Origin: Cetorhinus maximus
Lineage: Eukaryota
NCBI RefSeq assembly: GCF_964194155.1
Contig: NC_135901.1
Location: 34,038,001 to 34,102,000 of the forward strand
Direction of reading: 5' to 3'
Length of the DNA stretch: 64,000 nucleotides
The notes under the pieces were generated by a model that was not told the DNA's origin, did not search any database, and saw only the letters and a program-made list of their open reading frames with translations. The position numbers and the translations under genes were made by a program. Below are positions 36,430-49,379 of the stretch, in pieces (positions within the stretch are counted from its first letter, which is position 1; each line of letters opens with the position of its first letter).

Positions 36430-38300
36430 CTTTTGAAGGGCTCTCCCTCTCCCCTGTCTCCTCCATCCTCACCTCCAACAAGTGTGAGGAGCTCATGGAG
36501 CTTCTTTGTCACTGAGATTGAGACAATCCGATCAGCTGCCTCTGCTGCTTCCCTCCCTTCCACTAGCCCACCGAGACAAATTGTCTTCAAAGTTCCTCCT
36601 TATCTAAGCCCTGAACCCACATCTTTCTTTTGTTTCTCGCCTCATGTCCTCTCAGTGCTCATCTTGCCCATGAGACCCGCCTTGTGCTCCATCGACCCTA
36701 TTGCCACTAAACTGCATGATCACCCAACTTCCCCACGTTGACTGATAATGTTAACAGTTCTCTCTCTTCAGGTACTATCCCTCTCTTCAAATCATCACCC
36801 TTTCCTCAAAAACAAATACTTGACTCTACCGTCCTTGCAAGCTATTGCCCCACCTGCAACCCACAATTAATCTCCAAACTCCTTGAACATGTTGTCACCT
36901 CCTAAATCCTTGCCCAGCTTTCCCAGAACTCCCTGTCTGAATCCCTCCAATCAGGTTTCTCCCCTGCCACTGTACTGAAACAACTCTGATCAAAGCCACC
37001 TTTGACATCCTAAGTGATTGTGACAAAGGTAAACAATCCCTTCTCGACCTTTCTGCAGCCTTTGACAAGGTTGACCACACCATTCTGCTCCAACACCATC
37101 CAGCTGTTTGGGGCTACTCTCTCCTGGTTCCAGTCTTCTTTATCTAATCATAGCCAGAGAATCACTTGTAATGTCTTCCCTTCCCACTCCCTGTTACCTC
37201 TGGTGTCCCCAAAGGCCTTGGCCTGCTCTTATTTCTCATCAACATTTTCCCCACAACATAATCTGAAAACACAGTGTCTGTTATCACATGTACACTGACA
37301 ATGCCCAGCTCTACCTCACCATCACCTCTCTCGACTTCTCCACTTTTGTTAAATTATCAGACTGTTTGTCTGACAAACTCGTTGCTCCCAATGTGGTCTC
37401 CTCTACATTGGAGAGACCAAACGTAAACTGCGCGACCGCTTTGCAGAACACCTGCGGTCTGTCCGCAAGAAAGACCTAAACCTCCCTGTCGCTTGCCATT
37501 TTAACACTCCACCCTGCTCTCTTGCCCACATGTCTGTCCTTGGCTTGCTGCATTGTTCCAGTGAAGCCCAACGCAAACTGGAGGAACAGCACCTCATCTT
37601 CCGACGAGGCACTTTACAGCCTTCCGGACTGAATATTGAATTCAACAACGTTAGATCTTGAACTCCCTCGTCCATCCCCACCCCCTTTCCGTTTCTTCCC
37701 CCTCCCTTTTGTTTTTTCCAATAATTTATATAGATTTTTCTTTTCCCACCTATTTCCATTATTTTTAAATCTATACCTGTAATGCCCTGTCAGTCTTTCT
37801 ACCCCACCTCCACTAGAGCTGTACCTTGAGTGTCCTGCCATCCATTCTTAATTAGCACATTCTCTTAGATAATATCACCACCTTCAACACCTCTTTGTTC
37901 CTTTATCTGTGACATCTTTTGATTATCTGCTCCTATCACTGCTTGCTTGTCCCTACAACCACAACTTCTCTCCCCCCACCTTAAATCAGCTTATATTTCA
38001 CCCCTCTCCTATTTTTACTTAGTTCTGTTGAAGGGTCATGAGGACTCGAAACGTCAACTCTTTTCTTCTCCGCCGATGCTGCCTGACCTGCTGAGTTTTT
38101 CCAGGTAATTCTGTTTTTGTTTGTCTGACATCCAGTTTTGGATGTGTAGAAATTTCCTCCAATTAAATATTGGGAAGACTGAAGCCATTATTTTCATTCC
38201 ATAGCTACCAACTCCATTCCTCTCTTTGGCAACTGTTTGAATCTAACCCAGACTTTGTGCACACTTGATGTCAGGTTTGACCCCCGAGATGCGATTCTGA
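36430..38300 (+). mobile_element. L2 LINE RT fragment interrupted by a Penelope family 1 insertion (37376-38117)
   Basis: L2 motifs ([32 protein letters not shown]); insertion flanked by tgtttgtctgaca at 37363-37375 and 38118-38130. Confidence 0.85.
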
Positions 38301-38635
38301 CTCAGGCGTGTGTGTCTCCTGGTGATTTTCCAGTCACACCGATGATTTAAATATTTCCCCACAGACAGAACCGACTAACATTTTTCCTTCCATAATCAGA
38401 AGCTGATCATATATGAATTAAGGATTCTGTCAGATGTTGTTGAGATGTTTGGTTTGAGTTTCTCATCTGAAAATCCTCTCCCTCTAATCCCCTGCAAACA
38501 GAGTTTACAAAACCCATCACTGTCAGGACGGGATAGAAATTCAGAACAGACTATTCTAGTTTCTATGGAATATTCTTTCTCCTCTCATTCTCCCAAATCT
38601 ATAAATCCCAGTCCCACACACTCCCCCTCTCTGCT
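38300..38635 (-). pseudogene. orphan ZNF acceptor/leader remnant
   Basis: Paralogous to 5270-5620; no finger array follows. Confidence 0.7.
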
Positions 38636-39796
38636 CGTTATTCCAGATTCAGTGCCTGGTCTCCTACTAATTCTTTTCTCCTCTCCAGATTCTCTCTCTT
38701 CCTGTCCTTAAAGTGGTGACTCAGGCTGACCCTGAGTTACATTAAATAGACACATGCACTCAGTGAGTGATCAGATCTCACTGAACTATGACAAAAGCTG
38801 TGTCTATCTGCGTTACATTTATACAGCCTCATTCACTCAGCAAGTGATCAGTCCTGACTGAACTACAACAACAAATGCAACAACTTATATTTATATCAGA
38901 TGACCAAAAGCTTGGTCAAAGAGGTCAGTTATAAGGAGTGTCTGAAAAGAGTAAAGTGAAGTAGAAAGGTGGAGAGGTTTAGAGAAGAAATTCCAGAGCT
39001 TAGGGTCCAGGCAACTGAAAGCCCAGTCACTAATGGTGGAGCGATTAAAGTCGGGGACAAAGGACATCTGGTAATGGTGAGCCCCATAGCCCAAGCTCAA
39101 GGCTCAAATCTGAACTTTGGGACATAATTTGACCATCCCTGGTCTCAGAGAAAAACAATTTCCCTATAAACACCTTGTAAGATCTTTGTTTATTAATACC
39201 ATAAAAAGTTAGGACCAGTTGAGTTCTCCAGTGTACTCGATGGGGATTGACTTTAACAGAGTTAAAATCTTATGGATTTCACTGTCAGAACAAGAATATG
39301 TTTTAGTCAAGGTTTTTAAAAAGTATACAATAATGCTGAAAAACTGAACAGAACAAACCTGGGGACATACACAGCAGGTCAATGATCATTAGAAAGTGAT
39401 AAATGAATGGTCACTGTTTCAGGTGGGACTCCTTCAGAACGAACACTTCCCACCACCAGCACCAATCCCCCTCCCCCATCCCCCTCCCTGTGAACTGAAC
39501 ATTCCTTCACCCACTCACCCACCCATTGCACATCCACCCAATGGCTCTCAGCCTGGATTGACATTCAGCATGAACCCAGTGAGAGGGCGAGCTGGCCCAC
39601 GGGATGTCAGAATGGACAAGAGCTGGAAGTTGTTCCAATCAATACATTTCATGTATTGTTAAAAACAGGAAAGTTAATATTTTGTTTTGACATGTGCACA
39701 CTCTTGGTGAATTACAATTTCTCGCTCAGTCCTTTCCTTTGGCTTCGACATGGTGCATCCTGGATGGGTTCAGCAGAGGTAGTGACAGGCTGCTCG

Positions 39797-39965
39797 GGAG
39801 ATGGGGGCAGAGTGTGGGGAGATGGGGGCAGAGTGTGGGGAGATGGGGACAGAGTGTGGGGAGATGGGGGCAGAGTGTGGGGAGATGGGGGCAGAGTGTC
39901 AGGAGATGGGGCAGCGTGTCGAAGATGGGAGTAGCATGTCGGAAGATGGGGCAGCGAGTCGGGAG
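39797..39965. repeat. 21-bp minisatellite (ggagatgggggcagagtgtgg)n
   Basis: About 5 good and 3 degenerate units. Confidence 0.9.
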
Positions 39966-40231
39966 GTGGGACGTGTATACTGTACACAGTCATCTTCATA
40001 ATTAACAATTTCTGATGTTCATGGGCTGCCTCACTTTCTTTCCCATTAATTCCATTTGCTGATCTATCAGTAATGGACTTGTCGCCATCTCGAACAAAAC
40101 TGTTTTCACCACTAAGGCTCCACTGGTATTTAATCGTCTTCATGACATCATCGCACTGGGACTGGATGACATCATAAGAGTCCATTGTTTCTTAATGACC
40201 CACATCAATAACAAGAGGAAATATTAATAAA

Positions 40232-40312
40232 CCTGAGCACATTATCTAGGCTGACACTCCAGGGTGACGTTGAGGGACTGCTGCACTGTCAGAGACAGCA
40301 TCCTTCACATGG
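40232..40312 (+). mobile_element. DeuSINE (SacSINE/AmnSINE-like) body fragment
   Basis: tgagcacattatctaggctgacactcc...tgagggactgctgcactgtcaga, recalled as the DeuSINE body; not aligned computationally. Confidence 0.55.
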
Positions 40313-40744
40313 AACTTGTGGAGGCTCTGGTCACAATCTTCCAATCCTCCTTATATAATAGTGGTGTCAAAGCACTGACAGATTGTAAATGTTACACCCC
40401 TGTTCAAAAACACAGCAATTACAGGACAATCATCTTCACATCAGTGGTGGGGAAAGGCTGGAGACAATAATCCGGGACAAAATCAATTGACACTTGGAAA
40501 AGTATGGATTATTATTTCCAGCATTTTTCTGTTTTTAATATCGATACATTCCCTGGATGCCAAGGTGAAAAGAGGCTCTCTGGGAGGTGTGGGGAGCTGG
40601 GACTTGTCCATGAGAGTAACCAAAGGTCTGAGAACTGAAAGAATCTAGAGTTAGAAAGGAGAAAAGATCCAAAAATGGAGCAGTTGGGAACAGGACATCA
40701 ATTAGTCTCCTCTTATCCTGGAGAAATCAAGGAATCAAAAAACT

Positions 40745-40912
40745 GCGTGTTTGAAACAAAACTGATTTATTGAACAGACATCAAGATGTTAAACTCCAGC
40801 CCAGTTACAGGGATTATGGGCATCAGTAGAAATAAACCCCAACTGTCAGAATGAACATGGTTCAGTTCTGGATGTGCTTAATAGTGACAGTAACAGGAGA
40901 ATCAATCACATT
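40745..40912 (-). pseudogene. orphan ZNF 3' UTR
   Basis: Paralogous to 42830-42960; includes minus-strand aataaa; no upstream fingers. Confidence 0.7.
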
Positions 40913-41265
40913 ATTAAGGGGAGCAGGGTTGAAATAGAAGTTATTTCCATGGGTTAGGCAGTCTAGGAATAGGTGGTATAGTCTAAAAGTTAGAAGCAGA
41001 ACATTTAGTCGTGTAATTACATAGGATACATGACACAGAAACAGGCCATTCGGCCCAGCCAGTCCATGCTGGGGTTTAAGCTTCCAAAGAGCCCTCTCCC
41101 AACTTTCCTCATCTCAACCTATCAGCATATCCATCTATTCCCTTCTCCCTCTTGTGCTTGTCTAGCTTCCCCTTAAACAATATTAGATGTGATTCCACGA
41201 TTGAACAACACATACTAAACTATCTTGATTGTGCTTAAGAATTACATGAACAACCAATTTAAGAT

Positions 41266-41458
41266 AAAAACAAAAAGCTAAAAGCTACTGCGGATGCTGG
41301 AAATCTAAAACAAAAACAGAATTACCTTTATATTTCACCTCTCTCCTAACTATACTTCAGTTCTGCCGAAGGGTCGTGAGGACTCGAAACGTCAACTGAT
41401 TTCTTCTCCACTGATGCTGCCAGACCTGCTGAGTTTTTCCAGGTAATTCTGTTTTTGT
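41266..41458 (+). mobile_element. short Penelope family 1 insertion with inverted 5' piece
   Basis: 14-bp target-site duplication aaccaatttaagat (41252-41265, 41459-41472); hammerhead-like motif 41358-41398. Confidence 0.85.
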
Positions 41459-41599
41459 AACCAATTTAAGATGATCAGTCTGGCTGACAGTGTGGCTCAC
41501 TTATACGTGCTAGAAGCTACATATATTGACACACAGGGTCCAGGCCTTTGCAGAAAAAAACACATGACGCATTGTTCCTTTTTCAACTGAACAAAAGCA

Positions 41600-41890
41600 A
41601 TACGATTCACTGCTACCACTCCCAGTGATAGCGAGTCCCACTTTCTCACCACTCTTTGGGTGGAGAAGTTTGTTTTGAATTCCCTATTGGATTTCTTGGT
41701 GACTATCTTATATTGATGGCCTCTAGTTACGCTCTTCCCCACAAGAGAAAACATTCTCTCTGCATCCACTCTATCAAAACCTTTCATCATTTTAAATACC
41801 TCGATTAGCCTCATCCTTATTTTCTCAAGACAAAAGAGACCAAGCCTGTTAACCCTTTCCTGATATGTTTACCTGCACATTTCTGGTAAG
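41600..41890 (-). mobile_element. CR1 LINE fragment
   Basis: LIEVFKMMKGFDRVD..TRGHQYK..QRVVRKWDSL. Confidence 0.75.
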
Positions 41891-42971
41891 GTTTAGGTTC
41901 AGGAGTCACAGATACCCAAAAAAAGGGGGTTGAGCTCAGAAGTGATTTTAAAGTAGCTAATTGAGGAGCAACAGTTTAAATTTGATACGTAAGCTAAATA
42001 GACAGGAAAACGCACGACCCATGACAGGTGAAAATATTTTACCGGTCCCGGAGGGCAAACGGATGTTTGATGCAGAGTGAGTACTGGTCTCCGTAGCTGG
42101 TAGCGGCTGTCTCCTCTGAACGGTTAACTGGTGTGAGACAGCGTGGGGGTGTTGGGCTGAAGCCAGTATGGATCATTTCAAACTCTCTGTGCTCTCGAGA
42201 GCCTGTTTTAACCTTTACACAGACAGTGCATTTACACATGAGATCCAATTGCACCAGGGTTAGAAGTGTCTTGTTTCAGAGCCTGTGCTACAGACATGTC
42301 CTCAGCAGAGATAACAGGCCTTTCCTGTGTTTGTCAGCCAGCAAACTGCTATAGAAGCTTTCTTCATAACAAAGAGAGAGAGTGAGCTTTTTTTTTATAT
42401 TACATGAATTTCTGAAGATTTTATAAGGTTATTAGACAGTGATTTCTTATCGTCTGTTATTGGACTGAACTTGTCTCCATTCGCGTGCTGAGGGGATTTC
42501 TGTACCACGCGGGAGGGGTAACTCTCGATTCTCCATCAATTCCCATTCCCCTTCTATCTGGTGGATAATGGAGGTGTCACTGTGAGTAATGTGCAAGTCA
42601 GTAAGAATTGTCAGCAAGGATTAATCAGCACTTTCTAATTGGAGATGTTAATCAGTGGAACCTCTCACACACTGAATTGTAGAGTTCGTACCAAAGATCA
42701 ATTTAGGATTGAAGTACAAGTTCAGAATCTTGTTGTAAACTAATTTCTGATGAGAGTTCCTGAACTATGGGGAAAGATCAGAGACAGCGGTTCTTAAAGG
42801 GACACTGCAGCCCCGAGAACACAATCAGCTTTAGATCCAGAATATTAAAATCCAGCCCAGTTACAGGGATTGTGAACATCAGCAGAAACAAACCCCAACT
42901 GTCAGAATGAACATGGTTCAGTCCTGGATGTGATTAACAGCAGCAATTACAGCAGAATCCAACTCCTGCAG

Positions 42972-44402
42972 TCACTTGTGAATTCTCTGGTGTCTCAGCA
43001 GGTGGGATAACTGAGTGAATCCCTTCCCACACTCGGAGCAGGTGAATGGCCTCTCCCCAGTGTGAATTCGCTGGTGTGTCAGCAGGTGAGATAACTGAGT
43101 GAATTTCTTCCCGCAGTCAGAGCAGGTGAATGGCCTCTCCCCAGTGTGAATTCGTTGGTGTCTCAGTAGCTGAGATATCTGAGTGAATCTCTTTTTGCAG
43201 TTAGAGCAGGTGAACGGTCTCTCTCCAGTGTGAATTCGCTGGTGCTTCAGCAGGTCAGAAGACCCAGTGAATCCTTTCCCACATTCAGGGCAAGTGAATG
43301 GCCTCTCCCCAGTGTGAACCTGCTGGTGTCGCAACAATAAGGCTGACAGAATGAATCCTTTCCCACACTCAGAGCAGGTAAATGGCCTCTCCCCAGTGTG
43401 AACTCGCTGGTGTATTTTGAGCTGGGCTGAAGACCTGAATCTCTTTCCACAGGAAGTACAGCTGAACGGCCTCTCCTCAGTGTGAATTCGTTGGTGCTTC
43501 AGCAGGTCAGAGGACCCAGTGAATCCTTTCCCACACTCGGAGCAGGTGAACGGCCTCTCCCCAGTGTGAACTCGCTGGTGTCTCAGGAGGCAGGCTGCCT
43601 GAGTGAATCCCTTCCCACACTCGGAGCAGGTGAATGGTCTCTCTCTAGTGTGAACTTGCTGGTGCCTCAGCAGGGTGGATAACTGAGTAAATCCCTTTCC
43701 ACATTCAGTGCAGGTGAATGGTCTCTGCCCATTGTGAACTCGCTGGTGTGTCAGTAGGTTGGATGACTGAGTGAATCCCTTCCCACACTGGGAGCAGGTG
43801 AATGGCCTCTCCCCAGTGTGAACCCGCTGGTGTACATTGAGGTTGAATGAAGACCTGAATTGCTTTCCACAGGAAGTACAGCTGAACGGCCTCTCCTCAG
43901 TGTGAATTCGCTGGTGCTTCAGCAGTGCAGAAGATCTAGTGAATCCTTTCCCACATTCAAGGCAGGTGAACGGCCTCTCGCCAGTGTGAACTCGCTGATG
44001 TCTCAACAGGTAGGCTGACTGAATGAATCCCTTCCCACACTCAGAGCAAGTAAATGGTCTCTCTCCTGTGTGAACTCGCTGGTGTACTTTGAGGTTGGAT
44101 GAAGACCTGAATCTCTTTGCACAGGAAGTACAACTGAACGGCCTCTCCTCAGTGTGAATTCGCTGGTGCATCAGCAGGTCAGGGGACCCAGTGAATCCTT
44201 TCCCACATTCAGGGAAGGTGAACGGCTTCTCCCTAGTGTGAACTCGCTGGTGTCTCAGTAGGTAGGCTGACTGAATGAATCCCTTCCCACACTCGATGCA
44301 GGTGAACGGTCTCACCTTAGTGTGACTGCGTCGATGGATTTCCAGTTGGGATGGGTAATTGAATTCTTTCCCACAGTCCCCACATTTCCACGCTTTCTCC
44401 AT
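42972..44402 (-). CDS. C2H2 zinc-finger protein E, 17 fingers (finger 3 lacks first Cys)
   Basis: Intact 476-aa ORF, accATGg start, acceptor ttttacag at ~44737. Confidence 0.92.
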   Translation of the reverse strand: MEKAWKCGDCGKEFNYPSQLEIHRRSHTKVRPFTCIECGKGFIQSAYLLRHQRVHTREKPFTFPECGKGFTGSPDLLMHQRIHTEERPFSCTSCAKRFRSSSNLKVHQRVHTGERPFTCSECGKGFIQSAYLLRHQRVHTGERPFTCLECGKGFTRSSALLKHQRIHTEERPFSCTSCGKQFRSSFNLNVHQRVHTGERPFTCSQCGKGFTQSSNLLTHQRVHNGQRPFTCTECGKGFTQLSTLLRHQQVHTRERPFTCSECGKGFTQAACLLRHQRVHTGERPFTCSECGKGFTGSSDLLKHQRIHTEERPFSCTSCGKRFRSSAQLKIHQRVHTGERPFTCSECGKGFILSALLLRHQQVHTGERPFTCPECGKGFTGSSDLLKHQRIHTGERPFTCSNCKKRFTQISQLLRHQRIHTGERPFTCSDCGKKFTQLSHLLTHQRIHTGERPFTCSECGKGFTQLSHLLRHQRIHK

Positions 44403-45209
44403 GGTGCGTGTGTTCCTCTCTCTCTCCAGGTTTGATGATCAGTTGAAGCCTCAACCATAGAACACGTGTACAGTTTCTACCCGCTGTGAATGGTGCAATA
44501 TTTTTTTTTCAGGCTGTGTAAGCTCTTTCCAGTCAGTTCACTGGAACACTCTCACTCAGGTGTGTCTGTGTCTCGGTGCTTTTCCAGTCACACTGATGTT
44601 TGAAATCTTTTCCCACACACAAAACAGACAAACAATTCTCCTAGATTCAAAGTCTGATGAATCGAGTGACTCTGTCAGATCTTGATGTGATGTTTGGTTT
44701 GAGTTTCCCGTCTGCAAATCTTCCCCATCTAATTCTCTGTAAAAGGAGTTTACAAGAGTCATCACTGTAAGAACAGGATAGAAATTCAGAGCAGACAATT
44801 CTAGTTGCAATGGAACATTTTTTCCTCTCTCGTTTCCCCAAAGCTGCAAATCCCCGTCCCACACACTCTCCCTCCTCCCTGTGCTGAAATCCAAACAGAG
44901 TTTTGCACAATTCTTTCTGTATCTTTTTAACAAATTTGTACAACTGGAGATAACAAGATGTTTGATCATTCTCTTCAGTCATTTCATGTGACACAACATG
45001 AATCTGAAACCCCCTGACCGACCATACAGAATAGCAGACGTTAACCTCGAGTCCAAAACTTACTGTGTGGAGATTTAATGGGTGATCGTGAAGGTGGTTT
45101 CTCCAAACCTCCCAGGGTTTCCCTTCTTTCTCTCCCTCTCTAACTGAGTTAAACCTGGGATCAGTCTCATGGCCCATTCTGGTTCCTGCTTCTCTTCCTG
45201 ATAACTAAT

Positions 45210-46270
45210 TAACCCCAATTAGACACTGAGAAGACTGAAGACACTGTTTTCAGTCCCTGCTCCAATCTCTATTTCCCAGATACCAACTCCATCCCTCTCC
45301 CTGGGAACAGTCTGAGATTAAACCAGTCTGTTCACAACCTTGATGTTACATTTGATCTTGAGAAAATCTTCTGACCTCATATTTTTGCCATCACTCCGAT
45401 CGCCTGTTTCCGCCTCTGTAATATCAGCCAACCTCATCCTGTATCAGTGCATCTACTGCTGAAACCCTCATCCCTGCTATTGTTACGTCCAGACTTGAGA
45501 CATTGCTGGCAATCCAAACGTCTGCTGTCATTCACTCACAGCGAGGCCTGTTTTCCTAACACCCCTCTGCTTCCTGACCTGCCTTGGCTCCCAGTCAAGC
45601 AACAACTTCAACAACTTGATTTGAACATTCTCATCCTTGTTTTAAAATCCTCCCATGGCCTCGCTCCCTACCTGCCCCATCTGTGTAATATACTCCAACC
45701 CCACAACCCTCCGAGATACCTGCCCTGCTCTTATTCTGGACATTTGTACATGCCCTGTTTTAATCGCTCCACCATAGTGACCGGGCCTTCAGTTCCCTTG
45801 TCCCCAAGCTTTGAAATTCTCTCCTGACACCTCTCTCTTTGTCTACCTCAGTTTCCTCCTTTAAGACACTTTTCGAAAACTTTTTATCTTGTACTGATCA
45901 GGACGGACGCAAGAATATCAAATTCAAAGATGATCAGTTGGACTCATAATGTGGCTCACTTACCCTTGCTAGAGGCTATATAGATTCATACACAGGGATC
46001 TGTCCTCTGCAGGCAGAAGGAATAAATCCAGGCATGGGGTTTTTGTTGAATTAAAGAAAGGCATGGGGGTTGATATCTCCCTGTTGCATTCTTCATGGGG
46101 AGGACCAATCACAGCTGACTTGCCAACCAATCAGCACCCTTTTCTCATGCTATATAAATTGTTGTTCCCTTTGAAATTTGGTATTCTTGCATCTGTCCTG
46201 AAAAGTGCAAGACAAAATGCTTCCACAGCATTCCTCCTTTTTCAGTAATACTCAAGTTCTGTACAACCAA
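45210..46270 (+). mobile_element. L2 fragment plus Penelope family 2 (inside duplicated ZNF intron)
   Basis: Colinear with 5940-7080. Confidence 0.7.
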
Positions 46271-46559
46271 GTGACTATTTAAGGCTCTCCTTCAAACTCT
46301 TTGCCCAACTTTTTGGTCACCTTCCCTCATATCTCCTTATGTGTCTGGGTGTTACACTTTGTTTTATAATTTTTCTGTGAAGTTCACTGGAATGATTTAT
46401 GATGTTAATAGAAGTTGTTGTTGTTTCTGACAGTTACCCTGATCTCCTGTTTTACAACAACCCATTGATTTCACACCAAACTCTATCTCTGATTTATTGT
46501 CCCTCCTGCGAGTTATTCATCCGGGTTTGCAGCCTCTATAAAAATGCCAGCCACGCATA

Positions 46560-47007
46560 CTCCCTGTTAGGCATTGCTACCTACAAAAATGGCGGCCGCA
46601 CATGCGCTCTGGTGCTCTTTGCCCCCAATAAAGATGGCGGCCGTTAACTCGGGCCTATTTCCGGGAAAAAGGCCTCGGGTGTCGTCCTGCTTCGTGAAAC
46701 GCGGGACCGATGACTCCTTATTCAGTGTTCGGGGCCGACGCCGTGAGTTCACGAAGCCGTCCAATCCACACTCCGGCCGTATGCATGTTCACAGGTTTAT
46801 TTTCGCCTTTGAATCCACACTCGGTCTTTCCAAAACCTGCATTTTAAATCCGCTCGCTCGAGCTCGCTCACAGGCTACCTCCACGGACTGCGCATGCTCC
46901 AGATCACAATGATGGACGACAACTCCGGACCAATAGGAAGAGGGGGCGGGGCTGGATGACCGAGCGGATGCGGCCGGTCCTCCAGCCAATCGGAGTGAAT
47001 GAGGGGC
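46560..47007 (-). promoter_or_regulatory. CpG-island ZNF promoter cassette (gene E); other arm displaced to 48844-49050
   Basis: aaaatggcggccgcacatgcgc, aagatggcggcc, ctgcgcatgctcc, two ccaat, gggggcggggc. Confidence 0.72.
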
Positions 47008-48843
47008 ATGTCCGTCCTTGGCCTGCTACATTGTTCCAGGGAAGCTCAATGCTAACTGGAGGAACAGCACCTCATCTTCTGACTAGGCACTTTACAGCCT
47101 TCCAGACTGAATACAGAGTTCAACAACTTTAGATCATGAACTCTCTCCTCCATCCCCACCCTCTTTCCGATCCCCCTTTTTTCCACTAATTTATATAGAT
47201 TTTTCTTTTCCCACCTATTTGCATTATTTTTAAATGTATTTCCATCCATTGTTTTATCTCTACCTTTTAGCCTATTTCAATCCCTCCCCCCCCCACCCCA
47301 CCCCCACTAGGGCTATCTGTACCTTGCTCGTCCTGCTTTCTACCCTTAATGTCACCTATTATCACATTGCTTGGAATTATTTTTATTATTATTATCGTTA
47401 TCACCACCTTCAACACCTCTTTGTCCTTTTGTCTATGACATCTTTTGGTTATCTCCACCTATCACTGGCCCTCTATCCAGCTCTACCTGTCCCACCCACC
47501 CCGCTTTAAACCAGCTTATATTTCACCTTTAAAAGGTAAAGTCGCACGGGATCAGAGGTGAGCTGGCAAGATGGATACAGAATTGGCTTGGTCACAGAAG
47601 ACAGAGGGTAGCAGTGGAAGGGTGCTTTTCTGAATGGAGAGCTGTGACTAGTGGCGTTCCGCAGGGATCAGTGCTGGGACCTTTGCTGTTTGTAGTATAC
47701 ATAAATGATTTGGAGGAAAATGTAACTGGGCTAATTAGTAAGTTTGCAGATGACACTAAGGTTGGAGGAGTTGCAGATAGTGAAGAGGATTGTCAAAGGA
47801 TACAATGGGATATAGATTGGTTAGAGACTTGGGCAGAGAAATGGCAGATAGAGTTTAATCCGGACAAATGCGAGGTAATGCATTTTGGAAGGGCTAATAC
47901 AGGTAGGAATTATACAGTAAATGGCAGAATCCTTAAGTGCATTGACGGGCAGAGGGACCTGGGTGTACAGGTCCACAGGTCTCTGAAAGTGGCAACGCAG
48001 ATGGATAAGGTAGTCAGGAAGGCATTTGGCATGCTTGCCTTCATTGGCAGGGGTATTGAGTATAAAAGCTGGGAAGTCATGCTGCATCTGTATAGAACCT
48101 TGGTTAGGCCACACTTGGAATATTGCGTGCAATTCTGGTCGCCACATTACCAGAAGGATATGGAGGCATTGGAGAGGGTGCAGAGGAGGTTTACCAGGAT
48201 GCTGCCTGGTCTGGAGGTTATTAGCTATGAGGAGAGGTTGGAGAAACTCGGATTGTTCTCACTAGAGCGACGGAGATTGAGGGGCGACTTGATAGAAGTT
48301 TACAAAATTATGAGTGGCATGGACAGAGTAGATAGTCAGAAGCTTTTTCCCAAGGTGGAAGAGTCAATTACTAGGGGACATAGATTTAAGGTGAGAGGAG
48401 AAAACTATAGAGGAGATGTGCGGGGCAAATTTTTTACGCAGAGGGTAGTGAGTGTCTGGAATTTGCTGCCAGAGGAGGTGGTGGAAGCAGGTACGATAGT
48501 GGTGTTTAAGAGGCAGCTTGACAAATACATGAATAGGATGGGAATAGAGGGATACGGACCCCGGAAGTGCAAAATGTTTTAGTTGACGGGCAATATGATT
48601 GGCGCAGGCTTGAAGGGCCGAAGGGCCTGTTCCTGCTCATTAAATGAGAATTAGTTCAAAAAAGTTTAGAATGCAAAATAGCATTCTTTCATATACTACC
48701 TTTGTTCTTTGTTCTTCTTTGTTCTTTTCTATTTTTCCTTAGTTCTGCTGAAGAGTCATACGGACTCAAAACGTTAACTGTGTTCCTTTCCGCAGATGCT
48801 GTCAGACCTGCTGAGTTTTTCCAGGTATTTTTATTTTTGTTTT
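47008..48843 (+). mobile_element. Penelope family 1 3' fragment with nested young CR1 (47528-48727; open 322-aa RT C-terminal frame)
   Basis: Flanked by gaatgaggggc / gaataaggggc; CR1 SGVPQGSVLGP and KFADDTK motifs with (ttctttg)n tail. Confidence 0.88.
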
Positions 48844-49049
48844 GAATAAGGGGCGGAACTGACTGGGACCGAAGCATGTGCAGTGCGGGCGCGAGACCAG
48901 GATGAAGGCGGTCAATTTGCTAGTGCAACCAGTGAGAAAGGGCCGAGTCCGAGAGGAAAATGGAGCTGGAGGGTGGATTGGGAGAGTTCACAAACATCCG
49001 GTATAGGAGTCCCAACCCGGATTAGAAACTCCTGAAGCCGAGTTTGCAC

Positions 49050-49375
49050 CGAGTGTTTGGAATCTCCTTTTCCAGGGGGTTAGAAGGGGAGGATTTACAC
49101 ACAGCAAACTCAAACCAAGAGAAATGTTTGTCTCAATGTCGATCCTGTACTCACAGTGATGGAATTTTTAATTATCTCCTTTTTTACAGGATATTCAATG
49201 GGAAGGATTTACAGACGGAGAAACTCAAACCAAACATCACATCAAGATCTGACAGAGCCACTCAATTCATCAGGACCTGAATATCATTGAACTTTGACAG
49301 TGGAAGGATAAAGGTTTCCCTGTGGGAAAAGATTTCAGGTATCAGTGTGATTGGAAAAGCACCGAGATATTCAAA
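49050..49375 (+). pseudogene. ZNF acceptor/leader remnant divergent from gene E
   Basis: Two tandem acceptor+leader starts (ttttccag, ttttacag) then aaactcaaaccaaacatcacatcaagatctgacagag; truncated by CR1. Confidence 0.75.
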
Positions 49376-49379
49376 ATCC

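Noticed and set aside
42825-42971. SECIS element in the conserved ZNF 3' UTR (would support Sec at the FQ*TDC UGA)
   Set aside because: No AUGA..AA..GA kink-turn arrangement was found by eye; leaders also carry frameshifts.
47614-48582. Domesticated RT gene
   Set aside because: It is a 5'-truncated young CR1 copy with a near-identical sibling at 58981-59532; the open frame reflects youth.
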